Source: Erysipelotrichia bacterium
GTDB lineage: Bacteria > Bacillota_I > Bacilli_A > Erysipelotrichales > Erysipelotrichaceae
DNA length: 64,000 nucleotides
Assembly (NCBI GenBank): GCA_012520255.1
Contig: JAAYOQ010000002.1
Location: 1,839 to 65,838 of the forward strand
Direction of reading: 5' to 3'
This document shows, piece by piece, positions 48,069-58,135 of the stretch. A model generated the notes under the pieces. The model made no database searches. It was given only the letters and a program-made list of their open reading frames with translations, and had not been told where the DNA came from. The first letter of the stretch is position 1; each line of letters starts with the position of its first letter. A program made the position numbers and the translations under genes.

Positions 48069-48162
48069 AATCTTTCATCTCCTTACTTTTTTATAACCGT
48101 TTAATATTATAACACTACTTTAATATAATAACTATTTATAGCCATCAATATATTATTTACTA

Positions 48163-50556
48163 TTAATCTCTTAATACAGCATTAAGCCTGTTAGAGAGCT
48201 GATCTAAAACCTGCCTGTGATTTGGCATTATATCATTTTCGGATAATGTTTTTTCATTACTGCGATAAGAGATACTTACTGCCACACTTTTATATCCTTC
48301 ACTGATACCTTTTCCTCTATAAACATCAAAGATTTCCACTACCTCTAATAGACTTCCACCAGCTTTTCTAATAGTTGAAATAATCTGCTCAGCAGTTATT
48401 TTTTCTTCAACAACCAGTGCCAAGTCATAATTAACGGCCGGATATCTGGCAATTTTTTCAAATTTTATCCTTGAAGGCTTTTCTGAAAATACAGCATCTA
48501 AATTAATTTCCGCAAGAACTGTTTCATCAATTTCATATTTCTTTTTAGCTAACGGATGAATATGTCCAATATAACCAATCAGTTTTTTACCCAAATAAAC
48601 ATCTGCTGATTTATTAGGATGTAATAATTCTTTCGGGTTGGATACCGGCTTAAAGAATACTCTTTTTTCATCATAACCTAATTTTTCCAAGATATTTATG
48701 ACAATACCTTTCAGCGAATAGAAATCGTTTTTACCGATAACATTCTGCCATTTAGAATAAGTTGTTTTTTCTGACATTGCCATTGAAAGATGCATTCTCT
48801 CTTTACCTTCATCACTGTAAACCTGAGCAGTCTCAAATAACAGATACTCATGATTGTTTCTTGCGACATTATAGCTGACACAATCAAGTAATGAAGGTAA
48901 TAGTGATGTACGATAATATCTTCGATCTTCACCCATGGCATTTGCTATTCTAACCGGTGTTCCGACAGAAAGAATACCTTCATCAATATTAGCTTGTGAT
49001 ACCAGTGAATAAGTTACTACTTCATTAAAACCAAAACCATTTAACATCGCATTAATCATTCTTCTGTTTTTACCGTTTTTTGCAAACCTGGCTTGAGTGG
49101 TAGGCATTTTCGGTAATGTTGAAACGATATTTTCATAACCGGCAATGCGAATTACTTCTTCTGATAAATCTTGCCATATTTCAATATCTGTGCGATATGA
49201 AGGGATATGGGTAATAATTATATCTTTATCTTTCTTTTCCGGTTTGAAATCTAAAGCCTTAAATACCTGGTAAATCTCATCATATTTAAAATGAGTACCC
49301 AACAGACTGTTAATTTTAGTAACTGATGCTTCAATTACTGTCGGTTTATAACCCATATCGCCAAATATTACAGTTTCTTCAATATTTTCAGCATCAGCCA
49401 ACTCAATAAGCAGCTGAATACTTCTTTCGGTAGCTGTTAATGCTGCTTTAGGATCTATCCCTTTAGAAAACCTGGTCGCTGCTTCTGTGAATAAACCAAG
49501 TCTTCTGGAAGTGTTTCTAACATTGACCAGATTAAAATGTGCGGCCTCAATAATAATGCCCCTGGTATTTTCATCAATTTTACTATCTTCACCACCCATA
49601 ATTCCGGCATAGCCAATTGCTCTGTTTTCGGTAGTTATCATTAAATCATCTTCTAACACATGATATTTTTGACCATCCAAGGCTGTGTATATTTCATTTA
49701 AACCATTTTTTACCGTAATTTCTTTAGCTGGAATTTTCGCTAAATCATAGAAATGAAGTGGCTGACCAGTTTCCAGCATGACATAATTGGAAATATCAAC
49801 AACATTATTGATGGCTTTAACTCCAACTCCATTTAATGCTTTCTTTAACCAGGCAGGCGATTCTTTAATTGTTAAATTATTAATGATTGTCCCAACAAAA
49901 TAAGGAGCCTTTTCAGTTTGGGAATCAATAATTAAATCTGTTTTAGATTTATCAGCCGAATAACGATAATCAGGTAATTTTACTTCTCTGTTTAATATCG
50001 CACCTAAATCTTTTGCTAGAGCCCAAAAGCTTAAGCAATCTGCTCTATTTGGAGTTAATGAGACTTCATAGACAGTATCATCCAAACCTAAATATTCCAA
50101 AACGTTTGTGTTTCCAACTATTGCATCTTCATCCAATACTTCAATTCCAGCTAATTGTTCATCCGTCAATGATTTTTTATCAACATTCAACTCACTTAAA
50201 GAACAAATCATCCCTTTGGAAGATTCTCCTCTAACTACCGTTTCTTTTATTTCACCACCCGCTAATTTGCATCCAGGTAAAGCAACTATGACTTTCTGAT
50301 CAGCTGCTATATTAGGTGCACCACAGACAATTTGTCTAATATCTGTTCCTACATCAACCTGACAGATATGCAAACTATCAGCATTAGGATGTTTTATACA
50401 ACTTAAAACCTGACCAATTACTAAATTTGTTCCATATGCCTGATCTTCAAAGTTTTCAACTTCATGTCCTGCCTTAGTCAGGATATCAGCAAGCTGCTGC
50501 TTAGAAATATCACTTAAGTCAATGTATTGTTTTAACCAATTATATGTAATTAACAT
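48163..50556 (-). CDS. pheT: Phenylalanine--tRNA ligase beta subunit
   Basis: A 797-aa protein with the N-terminus MLITYNWLKQYIDL, a tRNA-binding OB domain, B3/4 and B5 domains and a C-terminal FDX-ACB domain. It follows pheS. Confidence 0.93.
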   Translation of the reverse strand: MLITYNWLKQYIDLSDISKQQLADILTKAGHEVENFEDQAYGTNLVIGQVLSCIKHPNADSLHICQVDVGTDIRQIVCGAPNIAADQKVIVALPGCKLAGGEIKETVVRGESSKGMICSLSELNVDKKSLTDEQLAGIEVLDEDAIVGNTNVLEYLGLDDTVYEVSLTPNRADCLSFWALAKDLGAILNREVKLPDYRYSADKSKTDLIIDSQTEKAPYFVGTIINNLTIKESPAWLKKALNGVGVKAINNVVDISNYVMLETGQPLHFYDLAKIPAKEITVKNGLNEIYTALDGQKYHVLEDDLMITTENRAIGYAGIMGGEDSKIDENTRGIIIEAAHFNLVNVRNTSRRLGLFTEAATRFSKGIDPKAALTATERSIQLLIELADAENIEETVIFGDMGYKPTVIEASVTKINSLLGTHFKYDEIYQVFKALDFKPEKKDKDIIITHIPSYRTDIEIWQDLSEEVIRIAGYENIVSTLPKMPTTQARFAKNGKNRRMINAMLNGFGFNEVVTYSLVSQANIDEGILSVGTPVRIANAMGEDRRYYRTSLLPSLLDCVSYNVARNNHEYLLFETAQVYSDEGKERMHLSMAMSEKTTYSKWQNVIGKNDFYSLKGIVINILEKLGYDEKRVFFKPVSNPKELLHPNKSADVYLGKKLIGYIGHIHPLAKKKYEIDETVLAEINLDAVFSEKPSRIKFEKIARYPAVNYDLALVVEEKITAEQIISTIRKAGGSLLEVVEIFDVYRGKGISEGYKSVAVSISYRSNEKTLSENDIMPNHRQVLDQLSNRLNAVLRD

Positions 50557-50569
50557 TTTTTAAGTCCTC

Positions 50570-51607
50570 CTATTCAAATCGTTTAAAGGTATCTAAAAAT
50601 TTAATATTATTAGTATAGAAATGTCTTATATCATCTACTCCATACTTAAGCATTGCGACTCTTTCTATTCCAACTCCAAAGGCAAAGCCAGTATATTTTT
50701 TAGAATCAATACCGGCCATATCTAAAACTCTAGGATGTACCATCCCGGCACCCAGTATTTCAATCCAGCCAGTATTTTTACAGGTCGGACAACCGACACC
50801 ACCGCAAATATGACAGGTTACATCAATTTCAATTGATGGTTCAGTAAACGGAAAATAAGACTGTCTCAATCTAATCTCACGAGCACTTCCAAACATACTT
50901 CTAGCCAGTAATTCTAACGAGCCTTTTAAATCCCCAACAGTTATATTTTCGCCAACAACTAAACCTTCAACCTGAACAAATTGGTGTGAATGGGTGGCAT
51001 CATCATCATCTTTTCGATAAACCTTGCCAGGACAGACAACTTTAATAGGTAAAATATCATGTTCTTCCTCTAAAACACGCATCTGAATGGCTGTAGTTTG
51101 AGTTCTCAGCAGTCGATTTACATCAACATAGAAAGTATCCTGCATATCTCTTGATGGATGATCAGCTGGTATATTTGCTCTTTCAAAATTATATAAATCA
51201 AGTTCTACTTCCGGCCCTTCAACAACAGCATAACCCATACCGATAAAGATATCTTCAATTTCCTGCTGCACTACAGTTAACGGATGTAAAGTTCCATATT
51301 TCCCTCTGTTGGCAGGTAAAGTTATATCAATTTTATCTTCTTGAATCTGTTGTAAGATCTCTGCCTCTTTCAAACCGGCAGTCTTTTCGGCAATTAAAGA
51401 TTCAGTCAGCTGTTTTAAACTGTTGACTGCCATACCATATTCTTTCTTTTTTTCTTTTGCTACAGTTCTCATTTGAGCCATTAAACTGTTAATCTGCCCT
51501 TTTTTACCCAAAAGTTCAATTCTGATATTTTCAATCGAATTTAAATCTTTTGCTGATTCTATTTTTTCAATAAATTCTTTTTCTAACTGTTTCCAATTAT
51601 GTGTCAT
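50570..51607 (-). CDS. pheS: Phenylalanine--tRNA ligase alpha subunit
   Basis: The class II motifs are HPSRDMQDTFY, PGKVYRKD and GFAFGVGIERVAM. Confidence 0.93.
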   Translation of the reverse strand: MTHNWKQLEKEFIEKIESAKDLNSIENIRIELLGKKGQINSLMAQMRTVAKEKKKEYGMAVNSLKQLTESLIAEKTAGLKEAEILQQIQEDKIDITLPANRGKYGTLHPLTVVQQEIEDIFIGMGYAVVEGPEVELDLYNFERANIPADHPSRDMQDTFYVDVNRLLRTQTTAIQMRVLEEEHDILPIKVVCPGKVYRKDDDDATHSHQFVQVEGLVVGENITVGDLKGSLELLARSMFGSAREIRLRQSYFPFTEPSIEIDVTCHICGGVGCPTCKNTGWIEILGAGMVHPRVLDMAGIDSKKYTGFAFGVGIERVAMLKYGVDDIRHFYTNNIKFLDTFKRFE

Positions 51608-51624
51608 GCAAATCTCCCTTCAAA

Positions 51625-51826
51625 TAAAAAACGTCCTGTATAAGGACGTTGAAATTTCACGTGGTACCACCTTAGTTACTTCTTAAAAAACTTTAACGCA
51701 GTTATACGGAGGTGATTAGCCCCACTCCAAGGTGAATTCATACCCATTGTATTAGAAAACTTTCACCAATTGTTTTCTTCTCTTTTATACAAAGTATTCG
51801 GTACTATGTTCCTTTTCTTCGTGCTG
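51625..51826 (-). promoter_or_regulatory. T-box riboswitch leader (Phe specifier UUC) with its terminator
   Basis: The minus strand shows the AGAGA and GGTGAAA stem-I elements and the specifier context GAA-UUC-A (UUC at 51734-51736). The T-box sequence is AACTAAGGTGGTACCACG. The terminator is AACGTCCT-tatac-AGGACGTT followed by TTTTT. Confidence 0.85.
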
Positions 51827-51831
51827 TAACC

Positions 51832-51860
51832 ATTTTATATGTTTTATCCTTTTTTTGCAA
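51832..51860 (-). promoter_or_regulatory. Candidate sigma-A promoter of the pheST leader
   Basis: The minus strand reads TTGCAA (51855-51860), a 17-nt spacer, then TAAAAT (51832-51837). Confidence 0.5.
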
Positions 51861-51931
51861 ATAGAAAATTTAATAGCTGTTTATTTTGTTTTTATCAATT
51901 TTCTTTATCATTGACTGTATTACAATGTATT

Positions 51932-52660
51932 TCAGCATTTATAATAATACATAACGATTGCTGCAGCTATCGCCACATTTAAAGATTCAAAATTTTCCAT
52001 TTCAATCTTTACTCTTTCATCAGCTGCCAGTAATGCTTTTTCAGATAACCCCTGCCCTTCATTTCCAAGCATAATAGCTAATCTATCTGTTTTTTTACTT
52101 TTACTTAGATAATTAGAATTATCTAAATCAGTAGCTATTACTCTGCAACCTTTTTTTCTGACGTTAGAAAGGATATTATCAAAGCTGTCTCTTATTACTG
52201 GAAGATGGAAAAAAGCGCCCTGAGAGGCTTGAATTGTCTTCTCATTGTATAAATCACAGCTATCCACAGTTAAAAACACAACATCATAGCCAAAACTGTA
52301 GGCCGTTCTAATTATTGTTCCTACATTGCCTGGATCTTGAACTTTCTCAAGTATTATAGCTTTTTTATAATCATTAACTTTGTAATCCAGCATTCTGCAA
52401 ACAGCAATATAATCATTTAAAGAAACATTTACAGACAATTTTCTCATTACTGCATCACTGACATAAACACAATCCATTTCAAAAATATTTTCTACTTTTT
52501 CTTTGACAATCAGAGTGTCAATGCAGCCTGCCTTTATAGCTTCTTCAATTAAATGTCTTTCCTGAACAATAAAAAGTTTATATTTGTCACGATACTTTTT
52601 TTGTTTCAGCTTGCTCCAATTTTTAATTTTGCTGTTTTCTAACGATCTGATAATTTCCAT
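51932..52660 (-). CDS. SpoU/TrmH-family RNA 2'-O-methyltransferase
   Basis: Its architecture is an N-terminal substrate-binding domain plus a SPOUT domain with DPGNVGTIIRTA, MLGNEGQGLS and LNVAIAAAI. Confidence 0.8.
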   Translation of the reverse strand: MEIIRSLENSKIKNWSKLKQKKYRDKYKLFIVQERHLIEEAIKAGCIDTLIVKEKVENIFEMDCVYVSDAVMRKLSVNVSLNDYIAVCRMLDYKVNDYKKAIILEKVQDPGNVGTIIRTAYSFGYDVVFLTVDSCDLYNEKTIQASQGAFFHLPVIRDSFDNILSNVRKKGCRVIATDLDNSNYLSKSKKTDRLAIMLGNEGQGLSEKALLAADERVKIEMENFESLNVAIAAAIVMYYYKC

Positions 52661-52673
52661 AACTACATTCTAA

Positions 52674-52706
52674 CAAAAAAAGCCAGGTAGTAAAACTACC
52701 CGACTG
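52674..52706 (-). terminator. Rho-independent terminator after ileS
   Basis: On the minus strand, CGGGTAGT-ttt-ACTACCTG (with G-U pairs) is followed by GCTTTTTTT. It lies about 10 nt past the ileS stop. Confidence 0.65.
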
Positions 52707-52713
52707 TTAAAAC

Positions 52714-55443
52714 TTACTGTAATACTTTTTGACATCTTAAACATAAACCATCTTCATCTGTATCAAAAACCACATTCCAACATCTCGGACAGACATGACC
52801 AGTAGCTAATTTTTCCACTTTGATGTACCCTGTTGGATATTCTTGATATTTTTCTTCAGTTACTTCAAATTGAGAAGCAATGACTAATTGGGCCAAATCA
52901 TGATTGGTCAACCCATTTAAAGCGTCTCTATATTCATCTTTTGGACAATAATATATTTTTGTTTCCAAAGCTTTTCTAATTAATCCGCTGACTTTTGCTT
53001 CCTCCAAAGCTTTAAGAATATCACTTCTGACTTCCATATATTTTTCCCATTGAGCTTTGATTTTTTCATCATCTTTATGATTTACACTTGTCGGAAAGCC
53101 TTCCAAAAAGACACTTTGTTTTCTATTACTGAAAATTGTATAAACTTCTTCCATCGTATAAGACAGTATTGGAGCCCATAATCTATTGAGTGCATCAGTA
53201 ACCAGATAAAATACCGTTTGAATCTGTCTTCTTCTTAAGTTGTCTTTCTTTTCGATATATAAAATATCTTTAGCATAATCCATATAGAAAGCACTGATTG
53301 TATTGGTCATATAGGTAAATAATGTATTGCTGGCTAAGATATAATCATACTTATCATAAGCTTTTACTGTGGTATCAATTACCTCATTGAGCATAATCAA
53401 AATATATTTGTCTAATGATGTTAAATTTTCATAAGCAACAGCATCTTTTTTATAATTAAAATCTTCACTATTGATATTACCTAATAAGAAACGGAAAGTA
53501 TTTCTCACTTTTCTATATTGTTCGCTGGCGATCTTAAACAATTCATCTGAACATTTTAAGTCAGCTTTAAAATCTACTGAAGCAACCCAATATCTTAAAA
53601 TATCAGCACCATATTTATTGATTACTGCAATCGGGTCAATAGTATTTCCTATTGATTTACTCATCTTGTATCCTTTTCCATCAACTACATAACCATGTGA
53701 CAAGACACCTTTATAAGGAGCCAGACCATTGGTAGCTACTCCAACAATTAGTGATGAATTAAACCAGCCGCGATATTGGTCTGATCCTTCCAGATACAGT
53801 TCACATGGATAATCAAAGCCTCGACGTTTAAAGGTATTGTGTGAAGAACCTGAGTCAAACCAGACATCCATCGTATCGACTTCCTTTGTAAAAAGTCCAT
53901 TTGGCGAGTTTGGATGATGATACCCTTTTGGCAGCAAATCTTTAACATCTTTATCAAACCAGATATTTGAACCATGTTCTTCAAATAAGTCCGCTACATG
54001 ATTAAATAAGTTTTCATCAATTATAGGTTTTTCATCTTCACTATAAAAGATAGGAATTGGAACACCCCATACTCTTTGTCTGGAAATACACCAGTCTTTT
54101 CTATCTTTAATCATGTTATACATTCTGGCATGGCCAAAATCGTTTTCCCATTTTACTGAATCTACAGCAGCCAATAATTGATCTTTTATTTTTTCAATTG
54201 AGGCAAACCATTGAACTGTTGCTCTAAATATTACCGGCTTCTTCATTCTGTCATCATGTGGATAACTATGTGTTATCCATTCATTGGCTAAGATATGACC
54301 CTCTTCATGTAACCAGATAACAATATCTTTATTAGCGTCAAAAACAAATTTTCCGTTAAGTCTTTCTCCGGCTTCAATTGTTAAACAGCCTTTGTCATCA
54401 ACTGGACAAAAAACTTCTAAACCATACTTTTGAGAAACATAGAAGTCTTCTAAACCATGACCTGGGGCTGTATGGACACAACCGGTTCCATCTTCATCAG
54501 TAACATGGTCTCCAACAACAACTAAAGAGGTCTTTTCAGGATATAAAGGATGAGCTGTTTTGACATACTCCAACTGACTTCCTTTATAGGTTTTTAAAAC
54601 TTCATAGTTTTCAATTTCAAACCTATCCATCAGTTTTTCAACTAAAGAAGAAGCCATAATTAATTTACCTTTTTCAGTTTTAACCACATCATAAGTTAAA
54701 TCCGGATGCAAGGAGATTGCCATATTACCTGGAATAGTCCAAGGAGTAGTCGTCCAGATAACAATCTTTTCATCTCCATCTAAAACACCATTACCATCAG
54801 TAACATCAAAGGTAACAAAGATTGTCATGTCCCTTTTATCTTCATAGTAGATTTCACTATCGGCAACAGCTGATTCCCTTTCAGGCGACCAGTAAATTGG
54901 CTTTAATCCCTGATAAATTAAACCCTTACAGGCCATTTTTCCAAAGGTTCTGATCTGATCTGCTTCAAAAGACTTATCCATTGTGATATATGGATAATCG
55001 TATTGAGCTACTGTACCCAATCTTTTCTCTGTAGCCATTTGAATTTTAATCTGCTCTTTGGCATACTGTTCACATTTTTCTCTAAAATCACTAACTGACA
55101 TTTTCTTTCTGTCATAACCTAAAGAAGGCATCATATTTTCAATAGGCAGGCCATGGGTATCCCAACCTGGATAAAATGGTGTATCATACCCCATCATATG
55201 TTTAGATTTAACCACAAAGTCCTTTAATACACGGTTCATCGCTGTTCCTATGTGTAAATTTCCATTAGCATACGGAGGACCATCATGTAACATAAAACGA
55301 GGTTTACCTTTATTTTTTTCCATCATTAGATCATATAATTTAATCTGTTCCCATTTCTCTAAAATATCAGGTTCCTTTTTGGGCAGATTTCCTCTCATTT
55401 CAAATTTCGTATTTGGCATTAACAGTGTGTCTTTATAGTCCAT
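52714..55443 (-). CDS. ileS: Isoleucine--tRNA ligase
   Basis: A 909-aa protein with the HIGH-type motif PYANGNLHIGTA, the KMSKS motif, an editing domain and a C-terminal zinc finger (CPRCW...CLRC). Confidence 0.95.
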   Translation of the reverse strand: MDYKDTLLMPNTKFEMRGNLPKKEPDILEKWEQIKLYDLMMEKNKGKPRFMLHDGPPYANGNLHIGTAMNRVLKDFVVKSKHMMGYDTPFYPGWDTHGLPIENMMPSLGYDRKKMSVSDFREKCEQYAKEQIKIQMATEKRLGTVAQYDYPYITMDKSFEADQIRTFGKMACKGLIYQGLKPIYWSPERESAVADSEIYYEDKRDMTIFVTFDVTDGNGVLDGDEKIVIWTTTPWTIPGNMAISLHPDLTYDVVKTEKGKLIMASSLVEKLMDRFEIENYEVLKTYKGSQLEYVKTAHPLYPEKTSLVVVGDHVTDEDGTGCVHTAPGHGLEDFYVSQKYGLEVFCPVDDKGCLTIEAGERLNGKFVFDANKDIVIWLHEEGHILANEWITHSYPHDDRMKKPVIFRATVQWFASIEKIKDQLLAAVDSVKWENDFGHARMYNMIKDRKDWCISRQRVWGVPIPIFYSEDEKPIIDENLFNHVADLFEEHGSNIWFDKDVKDLLPKGYHHPNSPNGLFTKEVDTMDVWFDSGSSHNTFKRRGFDYPCELYLEGSDQYRGWFNSSLIVGVATNGLAPYKGVLSHGYVVDGKGYKMSKSIGNTIDPIAVINKYGADILRYWVASVDFKADLKCSDELFKIASEQYRKVRNTFRFLLGNINSEDFNYKKDAVAYENLTSLDKYILIMLNEVIDTTVKAYDKYDYILASNTLFTYMTNTISAFYMDYAKDILYIEKKDNLRRRQIQTVFYLVTDALNRLWAPILSYTMEEVYTIFSNRKQSVFLEGFPTSVNHKDDEKIKAQWEKYMEVRSDILKALEEAKVSGLIRKALETKIYYCPKDEYRDALNGLTNHDLAQLVIASQFEVTEEKYQEYPTGYIKVEKLATGHVCPRCWNVVFDTDEDGLCLRCQKVLQ

Positions 55444-55464
55444 AATTAACTCCCTCTTTTCCTT

Positions 55465-55655
55465 AAAAAAACGTCCTTAAATCTAAGGACGTGAATACGC
55501 GGTACCACCTTAGTTCACAAATAACTTTGTGCTCTCAATATCTTTAACGCAGATTTACGTAACTATTTACTTATCAATAGTTCGGCTCCAAAGTGATGTC
55601 TTTACTTAACATTGATTGACTTACACCAACCGTCAATTCTCTATATTACCTGTTT
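55465..55655 (-). promoter_or_regulatory. T-box riboswitch leader (Ile specifier AUC) with its terminator
   Basis: The minus strand shows AGAGA and GGTGTAA stem-I elements and the specifier GAC-AUC-A (AUC at 55595-55597). The T-box sequence is AACTAAGGTGGTACCGCG (55498-55515). The terminator is ACGTCCTTA-gatt-TAAGGACGT followed by TTTTTT. Confidence 0.85.
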
Positions 55656-55681
55656 AAATAAAGCGCGTCTTTTTCCCAGCC

Positions 55682-56152
55682 TTATTCTAACTCCTCCGGT
55701 TGCGCAAATGGATCAGGCAACTGGATTTCATCATATATTTTCAGCTTTTCCATTAACTGTTGTACTGCTTCAGTTAATTGTTTTTTAGCTTCTAATGATG
55801 CCTGGTTATATTCTTTAACCGTATCAACATATTGCTGTACTTCTAAGATTGCTTCTTCAATAATACTATCAGCATTATAGCGGGCTTCATCAATCATACT
55901 GTTAGCCTCTCTTAAAGCTAATCTGGCAACATCATCCGCTTGTTTTTCACGCATTGAAAGTTCACTAACTAAAAGTTGATATCTCTTTTTAATCATCGCA
56001 AACTGATTGTTAACTGTTTCAATCTGATTTTGATATATTAGTATTCTTTGATTCAATTCCTGAATCAGATACTCCAATCTATCAATTTCACTATTAACCT
56101 GATAACAGTCGTATCCGTTGGCAACTAAATTGAAGCGGCGCAATTCGTTCAT
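55682..56152 (-). CDS. divIVA: DivIVA-domain cell-division protein
   Basis: The N-terminus is FNLVANGYDCYQVNSEIDRL, followed by a coiled coil. It has the conserved sepF-ylmH-divIVA-ileS order. Confidence 0.75.
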   Translation of the reverse strand: MNELRRFNLVANGYDCYQVNSEIDRLEYLIQELNQRILIYQNQIETVNNQFAMIKKRYQLLVSELSMREKQADDVARLALREANSMIDEARYNADSIIEEAILEVQQYVDTVKEYNQASLEAKKQLTEAVQQLMEKLKIYDEIQLPDPFAQPEELE

Positions 56153-56167
56153 AGAAAACTCTCCTTA

Positions 56168-56926
56168 TCATATAAACTTTTTAACTTTAATAATTATTTT
56201 ACCACTTTTTTTGTTTTTCTCAATATCAATTATCCGATATCTTCCATGCGTTCTAAGCGATAATATATCATTATTATTGCACAGATATGTAAAATCTTCA
56301 ATAGTTTGATAATTTACATTTACAAAACCAGCATTAATGAAATCTTTAGCTTTTTCACGTGATTTTCTTATTAATGCTGATACAACTGAGTCTAGTCTAG
56401 CTGATGAAACAATATACTTATACTCTTCAAATTTAAAGATTTGTTTTTTAAATTCTACCTCTTCAAATTTAACAGTACATCGTCCTATTCGATTTAAATT
56501 GTTCTGCAAATAGTTTTTAACATCTTTACAACAGTAAAAATATATTTTATCGTCATCAACCCACATATCTCCAAATTTATTTAAATCTATTCCACTATTA
56601 TAAATGGCTCCCTTTATATCTCTATGAGTCAGTTTGTTAAATTTTTTATTATAACTTCCCGCTAAGCAACAAATATAATCTTTAAAATCAATATCTTCAC
56701 CTATAATACATATTTTTCTTATCGCCTCATCATATCCACCAAAAAAATTATACGGAATTTTATCTGCCAATATTGATTTAATTGTTGTTATCTCACCGCT
56801 GTTACAAAAACCAAGGGATATATTGCCATCTGTTTGATCATATTTCTCTTGTAACTGGTTTAGTTTCTTTATTAAACTCTCATAACCTTTGAAATGCTGA
56901 AATAGATTATTATTTACTCTATTCAC
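56168..56926 (-). CDS. ylmH: YlmH-like RNA-binding protein (C-terminal S4 domain)
   Basis: The C-terminal S4 motif is ARLDSVVSALIRKSREKAKDFINAGFVNVNY. It sits between sepF and divIVA. Confidence 0.7.
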   Translation of the reverse strand: MNRVNNNLFQHFKGYESLIKKLNQLQEKYDQTDGNISLGFCNSGEITTIKSILADKIPYNFFGGYDEAIRKICIIGEDIDFKDYICCLAGSYNKKFNKLTHRDIKGAIYNSGIDLNKFGDMWVDDDKIYFYCCKDVKNYLQNNLNRIGRCTVKFEEVEFKKQIFKFEEYKYIVSSARLDSVVSALIRKSREKAKDFINAGFVNVNYQTIEDFTYLCNNNDILSLRTHGRYRIIDIEKNKKSGKIIIKVKKFI

Positions 56927-57305
56927 CCTCTACTCTTCCATCAACAGGCATATCCTTAGGTGTAAATAAGAATACATTTCTGTCAATTCTCTGATATTCA
57001 CCTTTGATCGCATAAATAACTCCTGCTAAAAAATCCAGCAGTCTGATAGCACTTGCTTCCTGAAGTCGATGAATGTTTACCACAACCGCTTTATTAGCTA
57101 ACAAGCAATTGGCAATATCTGCTGAATCATCAAAACTTCTTGGTTCTTTAACCATCATTTTAGCATTGCTGACTTTTTTAACTTTTTCGTTTTGAGCCTG
57201 TTCATATTCAGAAACAGGTGTTTCAAATATTTCCTCAATCTCTTCAGTTTCAATTTCTTCTGTTTCTGTTAATGCTTTTTTAATCTTTCCAAAAAATTCA
57301 CTCAT
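56919..57305 (-). CDS. sepF: Cell division protein SepF
   Basis: The C-terminal SepF domain reads VKEPRSFDDSADIANCLLANKAVVVNIHRL...LDFLAGVIYAIKGEYQRIDRNVFLFTP. The ATG at 57305 lies behind AAGGAGAG. Confidence 0.8.
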   Translation of the reverse strand: MSEFFGKIKKALTETEEIETEEIEEIFETPVSEYEQAQNEKVKKVSNAKMMVKEPRSFDDSADIANCLLANKAVVVNIHRLQEASAIRLLDFLAGVIYAIKGEYQRIDRNVFLFTPKDMPVDGRVEGE

Positions 57306-57457
57306 TTTATCTCTCCTTAAAATTCTTATTTCATTATACCATTTTTTCACTAGTAATATATAATTTTTATAAAATATTTATTTAGTTTTCAATAATTGAA
57401 ATTGTGTAATTTTAAAAGGAGTGATATTATTAATAAGATTGTTCTGGAGGATTGAAT

Positions 57458-58135
57458 ATGCAACTGAAAATTGAAAATCTCTCTAAATCATTTGGAGATC
57501 TAAAGGTCCTGATTGACCTGAACTATACATTTGAAAAGGGCAAAATTTATGCCATTTTAGGAAAAAACGGTTCTGGTAAAACCACTCTTTTTAACTGTAT
57601 TTCTGAAGAAATGGAATTTGATAAGGGTAATATCTATCTTGATGATGAAATTATCAATCATCAGGATGTCGGTTTTGTATATACTGAGCCAATGCTGCCA
57701 TTATTTTTGACAGGATTTGAATTTTTAACCTTTTTTGCTGATATACATCAAGATAAAGGTTTAAATCGTGATGAGGTTGACAGTTATTTTGATCGTATTG
57801 ATTTTAATGAAGATGATCGCCATCGTTTAATAAAAGAATACTCAACCGGAATGAAAAATAAATTACAGATGTTATGTATCATTCTTACAAAACCTAAAGT
57901 CTTACTGTTGGATGAACCTTTAACATCACTAGACCTTGTTTCATCAATGAATATGAAAAAGGAACTTTTAAAAATTAAAGATGATACTATCATGATTTTA
58001 TCAACTCATATTTTGCAAATTGCCAAAGACATCAGTGATGAAATAGTAATTTTAACCAAAGGCAAACTTTTAGATGTCGATGAAACTGCTGATGACTTTG
58101 AGCAGACGGTATTGGAGATTTTACAGGATGAATGA
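57458..58135 (+). CDS. ABC transporter ATP-binding protein
   Basis: It has the Walker A GKNGSGKTT, the signature YSTGMKNKL, the Walker B LLLDEP and an H-loop STH. The ATG at 57458 is 7 nt after GGAGG; the track start is a TTG. Confidence 0.85.
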   Translation: MQLKIENLSKSFGDLKVLIDLNYTFEKGKIYAILGKNGSGKTTLFNCISEEMEFDKGNIYLDDEIINHQDVGFVYTEPMLPLFLTGFEFLTFFADIHQDKGLNRDEVDSYFDRIDFNEDDRHRLIKEYSTGMKNKLQMLCIILTKPKVLLLDEPLTSLDLVSSMNMKKELLKIKDDTIMILSTHILQIAKDISDEIVILTKGKLLDVDETADDFEQTVLEILQDE

